Source: Octopus bimaculoides (lineage: Eukaryota). From it: a DNA stretch of 64,000 nt. The DNA lies in contig NC_068998.1 in the NCBI RefSeq assembly GCF_001194135.2, forward strand, positions 38,888,476 to 38,952,475. The letters run 5' to 3'. Every line of letters starts with the position of its first letter. The stretch's first letter is position 1. Below are positions 62,421 to 64,000 of this stretch, piece after piece. The notes below the pieces were generated by a model, which was not told the origin of the DNA, searched no databases, and saw only the letters and a list, made by a program, of their open reading frames with translations. The translations under genes were made by a program, and so were the position numbers.

Positions 62421-63133
62421 GAAAAGATGAATAAAGCGATATTAAATATATACAATCAATGTTATGAAAGATAAACTTTTGATTTATCAAAATTATCCTC
62501 CTTTTGAAAGTAAAGTGACAAATGAAGCCATCTCTGAATAAGAAGACATGGCTCAAGAGTTAAGAATTCTCAAAAACTGACATGTCAGTAAGGAAAAGAC
62601 AGTGTAATGATCTGGAGACAAGAGGATAGCTATGTTTCTGCCTCAACAGGCATCATCAGCACAGCAGCTGTGTTAGTGATTCCAACAGACATGAATAGAT
62701 ATATACATATATATACATATATAGAACACACCTCAACTTAACTATTCATTTGGTTCCAAATGACCAATTGTTAAGTGGGAGATCATTAAATAAGAGGTTA
62801 ATTCACATAGAAATCTATTAATATAAATGGTAGTATGCTAGTCTCTATCACTCCCCAAAGGGGGATAACACTGAGGTTAGTCATAATTTTATCTCCCTTG
62901 GTTTACTATGAATATATGTGTATTCTTTAATTCGTTTGTCATTTGACTGCAGCCATGCTGGAATATTACCTTTTTAGTTGAACAAATCAACCCCAGGACT
63001 TTTTCTTTGTAAGCCTAATACTTATTCTAACGGTCTCTTCAGCCAAACAGGTAAGTTTTGGGACGTAAACACACCAACATCAGTTGTCAAGCAATGGTGG
63101 AGGACAAATACAGACACACAATCATATATACAT

Positions 63134-63187
<54 letters not shown>

Positions 63188-63416
63188 GACAAGCTTCTTT
63201 CAGTTTCTGTCTGCCAAATCCACTCACAAGGCTTTAGTCGGCCCGAGGATATAGTAGAAGACACTTGCCCAAGGTACCACACAGTGGGACTGAACCCGGA
63301 ACCATGGAATATATGTTATCAATAATTTTAATATTGTTAACTTACAAATTAATAACAAGGCTCTGATACTTATCAAACTCTCAGCCCTTGGGTCACTCCG
63401 TTGCTTCTGCTAAATA

Positions 63417-63452
<36 letters not shown>

Positions 63453-63458
63453 CATGCC

Positions 63459-63494
<36 letters not shown>

Positions 63495-63688
63495 AGTGTT
63501 TGTATGATTGTGTACAGGTAAATTTATTTTTGTGTTTTCCTATTTTCCAATATTCCATTTAACAATAATACAATTAGTTTGATGCTCTCTGTAATCTTCA
63601 GGTTGATGTAGTAGCAGTAGTAACTTAATACTGCTATTATGAGTACATAAACCTGAGGATTGTGGAAAGTATGAAAATACTTGTATTG

Positions 63689-64000
63689 ATGCTCCGATGG
63701 ATGTGTAATGTCAGTGTGCATACTAGACAGAGTATCAGTACCTTGAGAGAAAAGTTGAACTTACGAAGCATCAGTTGTAGTGTGCAAGAGAGATGACTGC
63801 GCTGGTATGGTCATGTAGCGAGAATGGATGAGGATAGCTGTGTGAAAAAGTGCCACACCTTAACAGTTGAGGGATCCTGTGGAAGAGGTAGGCCCAGGAA
63901 GACCTGGGATGAGGTGGTAAGGCACGACCTTCGAACATTGGGCCTCACCGAGGCGATGACTTCTGACCGAGACCTTTGGAAATATACTGTGCGCGAGAAG
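63689..64000 (+). mobile_element. 5'-truncated RTE LINE, ORF C-terminus, continues past window edge
   Basis: MLRWMCNVSVHTRQSISTLREKL...LRWYGHVARMDEDSCVKKC...GRGRPRKTWDEVV...DRDLWK. Confidence 0.9.

Overview
AT-rich eukaryotic scaffold, very likely octopus: the SINE, RTE and MITE sequences and the dense TA/CA/TATG/ATT/GAT microsatellites are ones I associate with Octopus assemblies (inference from recall, not a search). It has 12 N-gaps totalling about 5.1 kb and no long intact host ORF; nearly all ORF-track entries are microsatellite or gap artefacts. The window is mostly mobile-element debris: several tRNA-derived SINE families, RTE and R4/Dong LINE pieces, a Tigger/pogo and a hAT transposase pseudogene, and piggyBac-, mariner-, hAT- and Merlin/MULE-like MITEs, often nested with readable target-site duplications (TSDs). 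The most striking signal is six sequence-unrelated minimal type I hammerhead-ribozyme motifs (9.1, 9.3/9.65, 21.0, 46.7, 61.2 and 62.6 kb). Most have the palindromic stem III known from Penelope-like elements, and four sit in fold-back repeats. One family is a tRNA-headed head-to-head dimer that appears to have inserted as a single unit with TSDs, at 9.2 kb and again (internally deleted) at 34.8 kb. Also notable: a twin-priming-type 5' inversion in an RTE insertion (44.5-45.4 kb), and a speculative minus-strand multi-exon gene whose exons at 56.7, 30.4 and 24.2 kb splice in phase into a signal-peptide-like N-terminus.
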